A stretch of 64,000 nucleotides of DNA from an uncultured Gemmatimonadaceae bacterium (GTDB lineage: Bacteria; Gemmatimonadota; Gemmatimonadetes; Gemmatimonadales; Gemmatimonadaceae), in the NCBI GenBank assembly GCA_963790305.1, contig CAWBOC010000005.1, positions 320,001-384,000 on the forward strand, in the 5' to 3' direction. The notes beneath the pieces are model-generated. The model did not search any database. It was not told where the DNA came from and saw only the letters and a list, made by a program, of their open reading frames with translations. Both the position numbers and the translations under genes were made by a program. Every line of letters starts with the position of its first letter. Positions within the stretch are counted from its first letter, which is position 1. Below, piece by piece: positions 1-10,112 of this stretch.

Positions 1-223
1 CCGTGATCCGTGCTTGAGTGATGCTGAACGTCGAGGAATCCCGGCGGATCGTCTCCCGAACCGATACATAGCCACTCAAATGCAGCTCACCGCTGGATGC
101 TCGCGGGTCGAGCACTGGTGACGGTGCCAGGGGGTACTGTGCCTCGGATGCCGTGGCGCCAAGGATGAACGCGGTCGCGATGAGAGACGTGCGGATGCGG
201 AGATGTTGCAGGTCGACCCTCAT
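1..223 (-). CDS. 5' part of an exported protein, possibly a porin-like outer-membrane protein (runs off window)
   Basis: Manual translation MRVDLQHLRIRTSLIATAFILGATASEAQ...LHLSGYVSVRETIRRDSSTFSITQARIT. Signal-peptide-like N-terminus; frame open to the window edge. Confidence 0.5.
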   Translation of the reverse strand, partial: MRVDLQHLRIRTSLIATAFILGATASEAQYPLAPSPVLDPRASSGELHLSGYVSVRETIRRDSSTFSITQARIT

Positions 224-271
224 TCGTACCGGACATCGAACCTTCGTCACAACGGAGTGCAGCGCAAGGTC

Positions 272-2566
272 TCAGGCGCCGTACATGCTTCTGTAGAGCT
301 CACGGTTGCGGAGAATGATGCGCACGTAATCCCGCGTCTCACGGAACGGGATACGCTCCACGAAGACTTCGGGATCGTCCGTCCCTGGCTTCTCGAGCCA
401 CCGCTTCGCGCGAGAGCTTCCGGCGTTGTACGCAGCGAGCGCGTGCGAGACATGCGCATAGCCACTGAGGAGACCGGCGAGATGCGTCGTGCCGAGCTCG
501 AGGCTCACGTCGGGCTGGTAGAGCAGCTCGGCATCCCACATGTGGTAGTCTTCTCCCGAGGCCAGTTGACGGCCTACGGCGGGCATGATCTGCATGAGAC
601 CACGCGCTCCGGCACGCGAGGTCGCTCGCGGCTCGAAGCTCGATTCCTGGCGAATGAGCGCCGCCACCAGCGCCGGATCGATGCGGCGGCGTTGCGCCTC
701 ACGCGTGAGCGGTCCCTTGAACGCGAGAGGATACAGCGCCTCGTACAGCCGCTCATCCCGCGCGGCGCCACTCGACAGCGCTCTGTTCCCCAGGCGAATC
801 GCGCGCGGCGCGAGGTCTCGTTGACGGAACGCGTGCGCGGCTGCCAGCGTCGCCTCGACCGAACGCTCCGCCTGGGACACGAGCCAGTCGTACTCGAGCT
901 GCGCCTCGGTGTCCATCCCGAGATGCAGGAGGAGGTCGGCACGCCGCAGCGCCGCGACCATGAGCGAATCCGGTGCGATGGTGTCACTCACCGCGCTCGG
1001 TGCCCACGTCTCACGCTCCAGTCGCCGCGCGGCAAGCATCGCGTAATACGATCCGGGGTCTCGCGTGATCACGTCCGACCATCGCGCGCGAGCGGTGGTG
1101 CTGTCGCCCAGTCGTTCCCAGGCGCGGCCGCTCCAGTACAGCCCCGACAGCGTCTCGGTGCTGCTCGGCCAATGCAGCGCCAGCGTGTCCAGCTCGAGCG
1201 CCGCCGCTCGAAAGTCCGCCTTGACGAAGGCGAGAATGGCGGCCCTGAAACGCGCGCTCGCCCCGAGCGCCGACGACGGGTACTTCGCCGCCACTCGACG
1301 GAAGAACGTGCGGGCGTCGTCGTCGCGTCCATCATCGGCCGAGAGGTCGCCCAGGAGGTAGAGTGCGGACGACGCGGCCGACGTGTCGGCGGCGTACTGT
1401 GTGACGATCGACTCGAGCGCTGTGCTGGCCCTGGTCCCCTGGCCATCCCGCAGGAGTGCGCGCGCCCGCTCGTAGGCCGCCCTCCCGACCAGCTTCGAGG
1501 AAGCGGGCACATTCGCGAACTGCACCGCCGCTTCGCGATAGCGGCCGGCATTCGCCAGGGCCGTGGCGTAGGCGTATCGATCGTTAGGCGTGGCCCGCCC
1601 CGCCTTGATCGCCCGGGCGAAGCCGTCGAGCGCGCGCGTCGCCGGCCCTGACACGGCGGCGCTGCGCGCGACGGTCAGCTCTTCGTCGGCGGTGAGCGGC
1701 GTGACGCTGCCGTCGATGAGCTCTACGGCCAGACGCGCATTCGTGCTTCCCCGCCCGGTCGTCACGATCTGAAAGAGCGCGCGGCGTATCGTGTCCCGCG
1801 CCAGGGTGTCCCCTGCAGCCGCGGCAGCCGCGAGGCGCAGACGAAGCGCCGACATGCGCGCGCCCAGCGCTTCGTAGGCGAGCACTGCGCCGGCGAGATC
1901 GCTCGTGCGCTCTCGCGCCTGCGCGTCCACCCAGGACACGCGTGACCTGGCCGCGTCTCCTTGCAGCGCCAGGTAGTGTGCTGCACGTGACGCGCTGTCG
2001 GCGGTCACCGCCGCGGCGCGCAACCGAAGCCAATCCGCGACGTCCGGGAGGAGCGTCGCAGCCTCAGCATATGCAGCACCAGCGCGGTCCAGCGAGTCCA
2101 TGCGATCGAGCGCGCGGGCGATGAGGACGACCCGGGCTCCTCGCTCCTGCGAGGTGCTCGCCTGACTCACCGCGAGCTGCGCGTGACGAAGGACGACGGT
2201 ATCTTCGCGACGCGCGGTAGCGGCTCGAGCGAGGAGCTCACGGCCGAGCCCGGCGAATCGCGAGTCCAGCCACATCTCCTTCGCGAGGAGCCGATCGACC
2301 TGGCTCCATCCGCCCCACTCGGCGGCTGCTCTCGCCGCGAGGAGCACGCGCTCAGGCGTTCGCTGCGCGGAATCACGAAGGACGGGCTCCAGAATCTGTG
2401 CCGCGCGCCATGGCTGACCGTTCTGGAGCGCCGCGGTGGCAGTGAGCAGAATCGAATCGCCGGCCGCGGGGGCCTCGAGCGCCCCTTCCGACATCTCGCG
2501 CGCCGCGGGCTGGCTGCAGCTCACCGCGGAAACAAGCAGACAGAACAGCAAACGTCTCATATCCAC
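272..2566 (-). CDS. Soluble lytic transglycosylase (Slt-type) lipoprotein with TPR-like helical region
   Basis: C-terminal SLT motifs IRQESSF, GARGLMQIMP, AAYNAG, IPFRETRDYV; lipobox-like SAVSC. Confidence 0.9.
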   Translation of the reverse strand: MDMRRLLFCLLVSAVSCSQPAAREMSEGALEAPAAGDSILLTATAALQNGQPWRAAQILEPVLRDSAQRTPERVLLAARAAAEWGGWSQVDRLLAKEMWLDSRFAGLGRELLARAATARREDTVVLRHAQLAVSQASTSQERGARVVLIARALDRMDSLDRAGAAYAEAATLLPDVADWLRLRAAAVTADSASRAAHYLALQGDAARSRVSWVDAQARERTSDLAGAVLAYEALGARMSALRLRLAAAAAAGDTLARDTIRRALFQIVTTGRGSTNARLAVELIDGSVTPLTADEELTVARSAAVSGPATRALDGFARAIKAGRATPNDRYAYATALANAGRYREAAVQFANVPASSKLVGRAAYERARALLRDGQGTRASTALESIVTQYAADTSAASSALYLLGDLSADDGRDDDARTFFRRVAAKYPSSALGASARFRAAILAFVKADFRAAALELDTLALHWPSSTETLSGLYWSGRAWERLGDSTTARARWSDVITRDPGSYYAMLAARRLERETWAPSAVSDTIAPDSLMVAALRRADLLLHLGMDTEAQLEYDWLVSQAERSVEATLAAAHAFRQRDLAPRAIRLGNRALSSGAARDERLYEALYPLAFKGPLTREAQRRRIDPALVAALIRQESSFEPRATSRAGARGLMQIMPAVGRQLASGEDYHMWDAELLYQPDVSLELGTTHLAGLLSGYAHVSHALAAYNAGSSRAKRWLEKPGTDDPEVFVERIPFRETRDYVRIILRNRELYRSMYGA

Positions 2567-2641
2567 CTCAGACTACTCGTCGGCCTTCGCGTCACGCCAC
2601 GGAGGCAGGGCGGATATTGCAAGTACAAGTCCGCGTCTTCC

Positions 2642-3433
2642 TCATACACCAGCGGGCTTGACGAGGTCGAAGAGGACGTAGTAGGGAACGCGCGCCGCGT
2701 CCTCGAGATCGGGCCGTAGCTCGAGCGCCGAGGCGGTCGGCGAGGGCTCGCGAAACCCGCGCAGCCGAAACCCGGCGGTCAATACCCACTCGAACCAGTC
2801 CTCCAGGGTCGCGTGCATGGCCGGGGTGGACACCGTCTCACCGAACCGCTCCCACGTGTACGTGATGGGCCCGCGCTCGAAGTATCGATCCACGCAGAGC
2901 CACCTTTTTGCCCCGCTCACGTCGCGCTCCCAGCGGCGAAACGGCATGTCGCTGCAGGGATGGGTGATCGAGGCTACGAATCGGCTACCCGGGCGGAGGA
3001 CGGTGAATACTCCGCGCAGCACGTCGGCGGCGTTAGGCATGTCCTGAAGCGCCATGCACGATGTCGCCATGTCGAACGATCCCAACCGTGTGTACGAGGT
3101 GACGTCGGCGGCATCCGCGATGCGATACGCAATCCCCAGCGGCGCCTCGGCCTCATGGCGCTCGGCAATCGCGATCATCCGCGGTGAGATGTCGATCCCG
3201 GTGACGTTCGCACCCCGCTCGGCCATCGCCCGAGCCAGGTAGCCGCTTCCACACCCGACATCGAGCAGGCGAAGGCCTCGCACATCGCCACAGAGCTCGA
3301 GGTGCGCCGGGCCGAAGAATTCGGATCGGTAGTAGTCGAGACCCGACGTCTGCGCACGATCGAATGCTGCGGCCGCGCGGTCCCACGAGTCGCGCACGGA
3401 CTCGGCGTCGAAGCGCGGAGCCGGTTCCGTCAC
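2642..3433 (-). CDS. Class I SAM-dependent methyltransferase
   Basis: LLDVGCGSG motif [18 protein letters not shown]; overlaps the upstream kinase stop (GTGA). Confidence 0.88.
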   Translation of the reverse strand: MTEPAPRFDAESVRDSWDRAAAAFDRAQTSGLDYYRSEFFGPAHLELCGDVRGLRLLDVGCGSGYLARAMAERGANVTGIDISPRMIAIAERHEAEAPLGIAYRIADAADVTSYTRLGSFDMATSCMALQDMPNAADVLRGVFTVLRPGSRFVASITHPCSDMPFRRWERDVSGAKRWLCVDRYFERGPITYTWERFGETVSTPAMHATLEDWFEWVLTAGFRLRGFREPSPTASALELRPDLEDAARVPYYVLFDLVKPAGV

Positions 3434-5185
3434 GGCGCGCGCGGCAGCGTCAACGTGAACGTCGATCCCACGCCGACCTCGCTCTCCACTGAAAGATCGC
3501 CGCCCATTCCGCGCGCGAGATCACGGCTGATGGCGAGTCCAAGACCTATTCCTTCCTCGGTTCGCGTGAGCCGGGCGTTCACCTGTACGAATGGGTCGAA
3601 GATCGAGTCGATCTGGCCCGCGGGAATGCCGATACCGGTGTCCGACACGTGGAACGCGAGCGTGTCCGCACGGGGCTCGCAGCGCAGCCGCACCGATTCC
3701 GCCAGGCGGAGTGAACTTGACGGCGTTGGACAGCAGATTGACGAAGATCTGACCGACCCGTTCGCGATCAGCGAGGACGTATTGGTCCGCGCGACCGTTT
3801 TCCCGCTCGAAGGAGAGCGACTTGGCACGGAGAAGCGGCGCGACGAGAGGCTCTATCGTCGACATGAGCTCTTCGGCGGAGCGTGGCGCGATCTCGTACC
3901 GCATCGCACCCGCTTCGATGCGCGTGTAATTGAGCACCTCGTTGATTAATCCAAGGAGGTGGGTCTGGCTTCGCTTGATGCGCGCGAGGTCGTTGCGCTG
4001 CCACTCGGTCACGGGACCCCTGACCTCCATCTCCATGAGCTCGACATACCCGCCGATCGCGTTCAACGGGGTGCGCAGCTCGTGGCTCATCACGGCGAGG
4101 AAGTCGCTCTTGGCGCGGTTCGCGGCTTCGGCGTCGGCGCGCGCACGAGCCGCCTCCGCGGCCGCCTCCTGTGCTCGGCGTGTTGCACGCTCGGCCTGGG
4201 TACGTGCGGCCTCCTCACGCTCGAGCACGAGCTGACGCTCGCGGTCCACCGCCCGCACGACGACGACGCTCCGCATCACGATGGCGAGCAATACGCCGAT
4301 AGTCGTTAGGCTCAGCAGCGCGATTCCACCCTCGCGACTGACGACCGGGACTTCGCGCCCCCGAATGAAGAGCCATCCGAGCAGAAGGGGAACGACAATG
4401 GTGGCAGGCAGCAGTCGCCGCGCGAGCAACGCGCCCAGATCGGGTGCCGTGAGGAGCGCGACGTGGCCCCGATCCGGCCGGGCGAGCACCAGGCCGACAA
4501 GAAGAAACATGAAGGCGAGCGTCGTAATGAGCGCCATCCCCGCGGCGCGATCGATCGCGTAGAGCGGCCTCGCGCCATAGAGATGCCCGACCAGCGCCAG
4601 GGTCGCGATCGCGAGGCCGGTCGACGCCAGGAGTTGCGAGGGCCGCCATCCTCGCCTGGTCTCGACCTCGATCGTCAGCAACGACGCCCCCACGAGCGTG
4701 AAGCAGACCGTCGAGTTGGTGGCCATGAGGCCGACTGGCCGGTACGGAAAGAGGGCGACCCGCTCGGAAAACATCAGCCGGTCGATCCCGAAGTCGACAC
4801 CGGTAACGCGCTCGATGAACGACATGAGTCCCAGCAGCAGAACGACTCCCGCCAAGACACGGCCGAAACGAACCGCGTTGACGGGTGCGTCCTCACGTCG
4901 CAGGAGCCAGAGCGCCAGCCCGCCCATCATGAACCCAACCGACGTATTGGGCAGCATGACGATGGAATCCGGCGGCAGATATCGCAGCCACGCGATGTCG
5001 AAGGTCCACCCAATGAACACCAGGGCGCCTATCGCGATCACGACAACGGCCGCTAGCGCTGACACCCGAGAGCCCAGGCGGCGCGACGGTGCCGAAAAAG
5101 ATTCTGGTATCACGACCGTGCGATCTACTGCTTCAGGGCTTCGATGGGTGGCGGAATGTACCTGTTGACCAATCCTCGTAAGCAC
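3430..5185 (-). CDS. Membrane-bound sensor histidine kinase, split by a +1 frameshift near 3697
   Basis: About 7 TM segments, H-box [14 protein letters not shown] and N-box [10 protein letters not shown] in ORF 3521..5185; G1/F/G2 boxes ([21 protein letters not shown]) in ORF 3430..3828. Start uncertain. Confidence 0.85.
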
Positions 5186-5248
5186 GCTCTGGACCGCGGC
5201 GGTAGCTTGGGCTCACGCCTATTCCAGCCCGCCCCGAGGAGAACGCCG

Positions 5249-6328
5249 GTGACGCCAATCCGAGAACCCTTTCACGTCGGCCTCATCGGCTACGGTCTCG
5301 CTGGGGAGTCCTTCCACGCGCCGTTCATCGGCGTGACACCCGGTCTGCGACTCGCTGTCGTCGTCACCGGAAATCCGGACCGTCGGCGCGCGGCCCTACG
5401 GGCACATCCCAATGCGACCGTCGTCGAATCGGCATCACACCTCTGGGAGCGCGCGCGCGATCTCGATGTCGTCGTGATCGCCACGCCGAACCGCACGCAT
5501 GCGCCGCTTGCGATGGAGGCTCTCGCTCACGGGCTCGACGTTGTCGTCGACAAGCCCTTCGCGACCAGCGTGAGCGAGGCCCGCGCGCTCGTCGCCGAGG
5601 CGCAGCGAAGAGATCGGTTCATCACGGTGTACCAGAACCGCCGATGGGACGGCGATTTTCTCACTCTCCAACGCCTGCTCGCCGAGGATGCGGTTGGCCG
5701 TCCGCTGCGCTTCGAGTCGCGTTTCGAGCGCTGGCGTCCCCTTCCTCGAGGCAACTGGCGTGAGAGTGGAGCACCAGAAGAGGCGGGGGGCATCCTGTTC
5801 GATCTTGGAAGTCATATCATTGATCAGGCGCTCCTGCTGTTCGGTCCCGCGCTCCAGGTCTATGCCGAGCTCGATGTTCGTCGCGCTGGCGTCGAGGCGG
5901 ACGACGACTCGTTCGTCGCACTCACTCACGCGAACGGCGTGCGGTCGCACTTGTTCATGACCGCCCTCGCGGCGCAGACCGGGCCGCGGTTCCGCGTGTT
6001 GGGGAGTCGCGGCGCGTACGTGAAATGGGGAATGGACCCGCAGGAAACGAAGCTGCGCGAGGGACAGTCGCCCGATACCCCTGGATTCGGCGAAGATCCC
6101 GAGAGCCACTGGGGAATGCTGGGAGTGGGAACGGAGTTGAGGACCGTCCCTACCGAAACCGGTGCCTATCGACGATTCTACGAAGGTGTGGTCGACGCCC
6201 TGCGCCGCATCGCACCGCCGCCCGTAAACCCTCACGACGCGATCGCAGCGCTGGCCGTCATCGAGGCCGCACGCCGATCCGCCGCTGAGCGCGTCATCGC
6301 CGTCCCGAATGACGCCTCTCGGATCTAG
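5249..6328 (+). CDS. Gfo/Idh/MocA family oxidoreductase
   Basis: GLIGYGLAG Rossmann motif, VVVDKPF, YQNRRWDGDF, LFDLGSHIIDQ; GTG start after GAGGAG. Confidence 0.9.
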   Translation: MTPIREPFHVGLIGYGLAGESFHAPFIGVTPGLRLAVVVTGNPDRRRAALRAHPNATVVESASHLWERARDLDVVVIATPNRTHAPLAMEALAHGLDVVVDKPFATSVSEARALVAEAQRRDRFITVYQNRRWDGDFLTLQRLLAEDAVGRPLRFESRFERWRPLPRGNWRESGAPEEAGGILFDLGSHIIDQALLLFGPALQVYAELDVRRAGVEADDDSFVALTHANGVRSHLFMTALAAQTGPRFRVLGSRGAYVKWGMDPQETKLREGQSPDTPGFGEDPESHWGMLGVGTELRTVPTETGAYRRFYEGVVDALRRIAPPPVNPHDAIAALAVIEAARRSAAERVIAVPNDASRI

Positions 6329-6361
6329 CGACGTCGACGCCTACCGGATACCAGAGACTCG

Positions 6362-7333
6362 ATGTCCACGCCTGTCATCCCGCCACTGGCCACCCGGCGA
6401 GCTCGCCGGCGCCTGCGCCTAACGGGCGTCGTCGCCATCGTCGTGCTCGTGATCGGCATCGCCGGAAGCCTGTGGCTCAGCCGGGACCCCGAGCCGCGTA
6501 TGCTGGAGCGACGCTCTCGCCTGGCAGGGGTGACGGAAGGTCGCGCCGTTCGAGAGGGAGCCCACGAGCTGCGCGACGTGAAGCTGCGCGCGGAAAGCGG
6601 GATCGAGGTCGAGCTGACCGTCAAGCGCCCTCTGGCCGACGGTAACGCGAAGGCGCGCCGGCCGATCGCGCTCGTTCTCGGCGGTCACCGAACCGCGCGA
6701 AGCGCGGTCAAGTTCATTCCTGATGCGGGAGAGATGATCGTCGCCGCACTCTCGTACCCGTATGCCGGAGAGCCGCGCCCGGATGCACTCGAGTTCGTGC
6801 GAGACATTCCAAACATTCGGCGAGCATTCCTCGACACGCCACCGGCGATCATGCTCGCCCTCGATTACCTGCTGGCACAGCCCGACGTCGATCCCAACTG
6901 GGTCGAGGTCGTCGGCGTCAGCCTCGGCGGCCCCTTTGTCACGATCGCCGCCGCGCTCAATGAGCGCATCAGCCGCGTGTGGGTCGTGCACGGCTCCGCG
7001 GGATCGTACCGGCCGCTCGAGGTCAGCATGCGGCGTGAGATTCCGGTGCCGGGTCTCAGGCATGCCGCCGCGGCGCTTTCGGCTCTCATCATCAACCCGC
7101 GCATGGCCCCCGAGAAGTGGGTGCACCGGGTCGCTCCCAGGCCTTTCATGATGGTGAATGCGCGAGACGACGAGCGCATGCCGCGCGAGCTCGTGGAACG
7201 GCTCTTCGAAGGCGCCAATGAGCCGAAGTCGATCGTCTGGCTGCCCGGCGGCCACGTTCGGTCCAACGCCGCCGTCCTGAAGCCCCTGGTGGACACGGTC
7301 GTCGCCATGATGGCCAGCCAACCGCCACGGTAA
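6362..7333 (+). CDS. Membrane-anchored alpha/beta hydrolase
   Basis: N-terminal TM; GVSLGG nucleophile elbow; Asp (RDDERM) and His (GGHV). Confidence 0.75.
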   Translation: MSTPVIPPLATRRARRRLRLTGVVAIVVLVIGIAGSLWLSRDPEPRMLERRSRLAGVTEGRAVREGAHELRDVKLRAESGIEVELTVKRPLADGNAKARRPIALVLGGHRTARSAVKFIPDAGEMIVAALSYPYAGEPRPDALEFVRDIPNIRRAFLDTPPAIMLALDYLLAQPDVDPNWVEVVGVSLGGPFVTIAAALNERISRVWVVHGSAGSYRPLEVSMRREIPVPGLRHAAAALSALIINPRMAPEKWVHRVAPRPFMMVNARDDERMPRELVERLFEGANEPKSIVWLPGGHVRSNAAVLKPLVDTVVAMMASQPPR

Positions 7334-7518
7334 CAGCGTGCGCGGAGGAGACATCCGCGCGTCTCCCGGCACGGACACCGCCGACGATTACCTGTTCGGA
7401 AGAAAGCGCGCATCGCTCGACAGGAAAACGAGATAGGCGCTGCTTCGACGCTGATCGGGAACCCGGCCTCGCCCATGCCTTGCCTCGTAGCGACCGCTAT
7501 CGCCAACGAGGCATTTCA

Positions 7519-8445
7519 ATGCGAGCCCCCGCGTTCCTTTTCAGCGCCCTCACCGCCGCGCTGATCGTCCCCGCCACACCCGCATCCGCACAGACCACGA
7601 GCGCCGACCCCGACCCCCGGGTCTTGCTCGGGATCGAGGTCTCGATGTCGGGCACCAGTCGCGACACGCTTGGTGTCCTCGTTTCCTCCGTCGCCTCGGG
7701 AAGCCCGGCTGACCAGGCGGGACTTCAGCAACGCGAGCGCATCGCCGAGGTCAATGGCATGAGCCTGCGTGTCTCGCGCGAAGACGTGGGGAGCAAGGAT
7801 GCTGAGGATCTCGTGTTTCGGCGGCTCGCCAGAGAGTTGGAGCCCCTCAGACCCGGCAATGCCGTGAGCATGCGCGTGTACGGCGGGGCTCGACCGCGCA
7901 CCGTCACCATTCGCATCCCGGTCGAGGAGCCGGCCGTGCGTGCCCGCGACGACGGCGCTGGCGTGGTGGACATCATAGCCTCGCTGCGTGAAATGCAGAC
8001 CCGTCTGCATGAGCTCGTCTCTAACGAAAGCGGTGCGGTCCGCGACTCGCTCGCACAGGTCGAGCTCGAGATCGCGGAGCTTCAGCGCAGACTCCAGTTG
8101 CTCGAGGTTCAGCGCCGGCGGCGGATGGAGCGCGACCGTCCCCGGCGTGGCGACGACGTCGGACGTATCGATGAACCGGCGGAAAGCCTACGTGGTCTTC
8201 GCGTGACGGTTGTCAGTGACGAGCTCGAGCCATACTTCGGTGAGGGCAGCGCGCGCGGTCTGCTCGTGCTCGAGGCCGACGAGTCGTGGGCGCCCATTCG
8301 CACCGGTAATGTGATCGTGCGCGTCAATGGTGCCGCGGCCACGATGGAATCGCTCCGCGACGCGTTCGACTCGCGTCGATCCAGCGAGGTTGAGGTGCTG
8401 CGGCGACGCAGATCACTAATTCTGTCGATCGGCGGAGGTCGCTGA
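7519..8445 (+). CDS. Exported PDZ-domain protein (two PDZ-like regions around a coiled coil)
   Basis: Signal peptide; GVLVSSVASGSPADQAGL...IAEVNG; second GLLVL...GNVIVRVNG; heptad-rich linker. Confidence 0.75.
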   Translation: MRAPAFLFSALTAALIVPATPASAQTTSADPDPRVLLGIEVSMSGTSRDTLGVLVSSVASGSPADQAGLQQRERIAEVNGMSLRVSREDVGSKDAEDLVFRRLARELEPLRPGNAVSMRVYGGARPRTVTIRIPVEEPAVRARDDGAGVVDIIASLREMQTRLHELVSNESGAVRDSLAQVELEIAELQRRLQLLEVQRRRRMERDRPRRGDDVGRIDEPAESLRGLRVTVVSDELEPYFGEGSARGLLVLEADESWAPIRTGNVIVRVNGAAATMESLRDAFDSRRSSEVEVLRRRRSLILSIGGGR

Positions 8446-8537
8446 CCGGCAGTCGAGATTCCCCGCGGATGGCCCGCGGCGGCCCGGCGCTTGCCGACCA
8501 TGCGAATCCCTTAGTCAGTTTTCACTGAGGAGGACAC

Positions 8538-8897
8538 ATGGCAATCCACGATGGACTGGGAACCGGCGCCGGCCCTGCCACACCGGCGGGTGTCGACTGG
8601 ACCGCGGAAGACATGTATTGGCGCTCCAACTTCCGTGCGCGTCCGTACGTTGGCGCAGACCGGGGGTACGAAGCGTACCAACCGGGCTACCGGTATGGAT
8701 TCGAGTCTGCGAAGCGTCATGCCGGCCGGAAGTGGGACGAGATCGAGTCTGACCTCCGGAGCGGCTGGGACCGCTATGAGCATCGCGGCCAGTCCGCATG
8801 GGAGAACATCAAGGACGCCGTGCGGGATGCGTGGGATCGTGTAACGGGCGATCGGCCCCGCGGCACCGATCGCGACACCGTTCGCTCGACGTACTGA
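8538..8897 (+). CDS. Small hypothetical protein (aromatic-rich, WE..KDAVRDAWDR tail)
   Basis: Strong RBS GAGGAGG; followed by a terminator hairpin. Confidence 0.8.
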   Translation: MAIHDGLGTGAGPATPAGVDWTAEDMYWRSNFRARPYVGADRGYEAYQPGYRYGFESAKRHAGRKWDEIESDLRSGWDRYEHRGQSAWENIKDAVRDAWDRVTGDRPRGTDRDTVRSTY

Positions 8898-8917
8898 GGC
8901 TGCTCGGCGTCAGCGAG

Positions 8918-8947
8918 AGAATGGCCGCCTTCGCAGGCGGCCATTCT
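8918..8947. terminator. Hairpin between convergent genes (likely bidirectional terminator)
   Basis: AGAATGGCCGCCT-tcgc-AGGCGGCCATTCT, perfect 13-bp stem. Confidence 0.75.
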
Positions 8948-8953
8948 TGCTTG

Positions 8954-9568
8954 TCATTCGTCACGAATCGGCAGCACGGGGAGGTGCAGGCCCCAGAGAA
9001 TCGACGCGAGCCTCAGGCCGACAATGGCTGCCGTCCCCACGGCGGCGGCGACTTGCCGCGGAATTCCCACGCCCTCGAGCAGAAGATACAATGCGGCGCC
9101 GACAATCGCGGCCGTCGCGTAGAGCTCGCCCTTCCTGAAGATGAGCGGCACCTCCGCCGACAGAACGTCGCGAATGACGCCGCCGGCGACACCGGTCATG
9201 GTGCCCATCACGACGACGACGATCGGTTCCATCATTTCTCGCTGAGCGATCTGTGCGCCCGTGATGGTGAACAGAGCGAGCCCGAGCGCATCCGCGATGG
9301 CGAGCGAATGGTTGGGAGGGCGTCGGAATCGGACGTACGCGAGCGTCAACACCGCGGCAATGACGCTCACCACGAGATACGAGGGATCTTCGATCCACGA
9401 CACGGGGTGGCGGTCGAGAAGCAGATCGCGGATCGTGCCGCCGCCGATTGCCGTAACGATCGCGATCACGACGACGCCGAGCAGGTCCATGCGCTTCCGT
9501 CCCGCCGCGAGCGCGCCGCTGGCGGCGAAGACGGCTGCGCCGAGGAGCTGCAGGACGTAGAACCTCAT
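8954..9568 (-). CDS. Trimeric intracellular cation channel (UPF0126) family membrane protein
   Basis: Duplicated motifs TAIGGGTIRDLL and TGVAGGVIRDVL, ELYATAA. Confidence 0.9.
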   Translation of the reverse strand: MRFYVLQLLGAAVFAASGALAAGRKRMDLLGVVVIAIVTAIGGGTIRDLLLDRHPVSWIEDPSYLVVSVIAAVLTLAYVRFRRPPNHSLAIADALGLALFTITGAQIAQREMMEPIVVVVMGTMTGVAGGVIRDVLSAEVPLIFRKGELYATAAIVGAALYLLLEGVGIPRQVAAAVGTAAIVGLRLASILWGLHLPVLPIRDE

Positions 9569-9603
9569 GACGCTAGTCCCGGTTTTTCCTGGCGGTCTCG
9601 CCC

Positions 9604-9993
9604 CTATGCTGGGGGATGCTCTGCCGGTTCGTCGCGCTTCGTGCGATGGACGGTGCCATCGGGATGCTCGGGCGGACTATAGAGCGTGTAGAGGCGAAGC
9701 GGCGAGTCCGCGGACGTGTTGATGACGTTGTGCTCGACCCCGGCAGGAATGACCACCGCGACGCCGTCGCTCAGCGTATGCTCCTTCCCCGCGAGAACGG
9801 CCACGCCTCGGCCGGCCTCGACGCGGATGAACTGGTCGTGCCCCTCGTGCACCTCACGTCCAATCTCGTCCCCGGGGCGCAGTGTCATGAGCACGAGCTG
9901 CGTGTTCCGACCGGTAAAGACGACGCGGCGGTAGTCTTCATTCGCGAGCGTCTCGTGCTCGATGTTGGTGACGTAACCTGCCTTCGTGGTCAT
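9604..9993 (-). CDS. Cupin domain protein
   Basis: QLVLMTLRPGDEIGREVH...DQF; IPAGVEHNVINT; LYTLYSPPEH. Confidence 0.88.
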   Translation of the reverse strand: MTTKAGYVTNIEHETLANEDYRRVVFTGRNTQLVLMTLRPGDEIGREVHEGHDQFIRVEAGRGVAVLAGKEHTLSDGVAVVIPAGVEHNVINTSADSPLRLYTLYSPPEHPDGTVHRTKRDEPAEHPPA

Positions 9994-10112
9994 GAAGTCT
10001 CCTCGTCTGAATGCGTTGGCACCATACCCACGAGGCTGCGCAATTGCGCGGCCAGGTCATTGTGGGATAGCGTGTAGGCCGCCCACGCGCTCACCGCTGT
10101 CGCTCGCCACGA

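Noticed and set aside
203..1651. Long antisense ORFs (also 19456..21015, 24370..25587, 52991..54610 and similar)
   Set aside because: Typical stop-poor shadow frames of high-GC genes opposite well-supported CDS.
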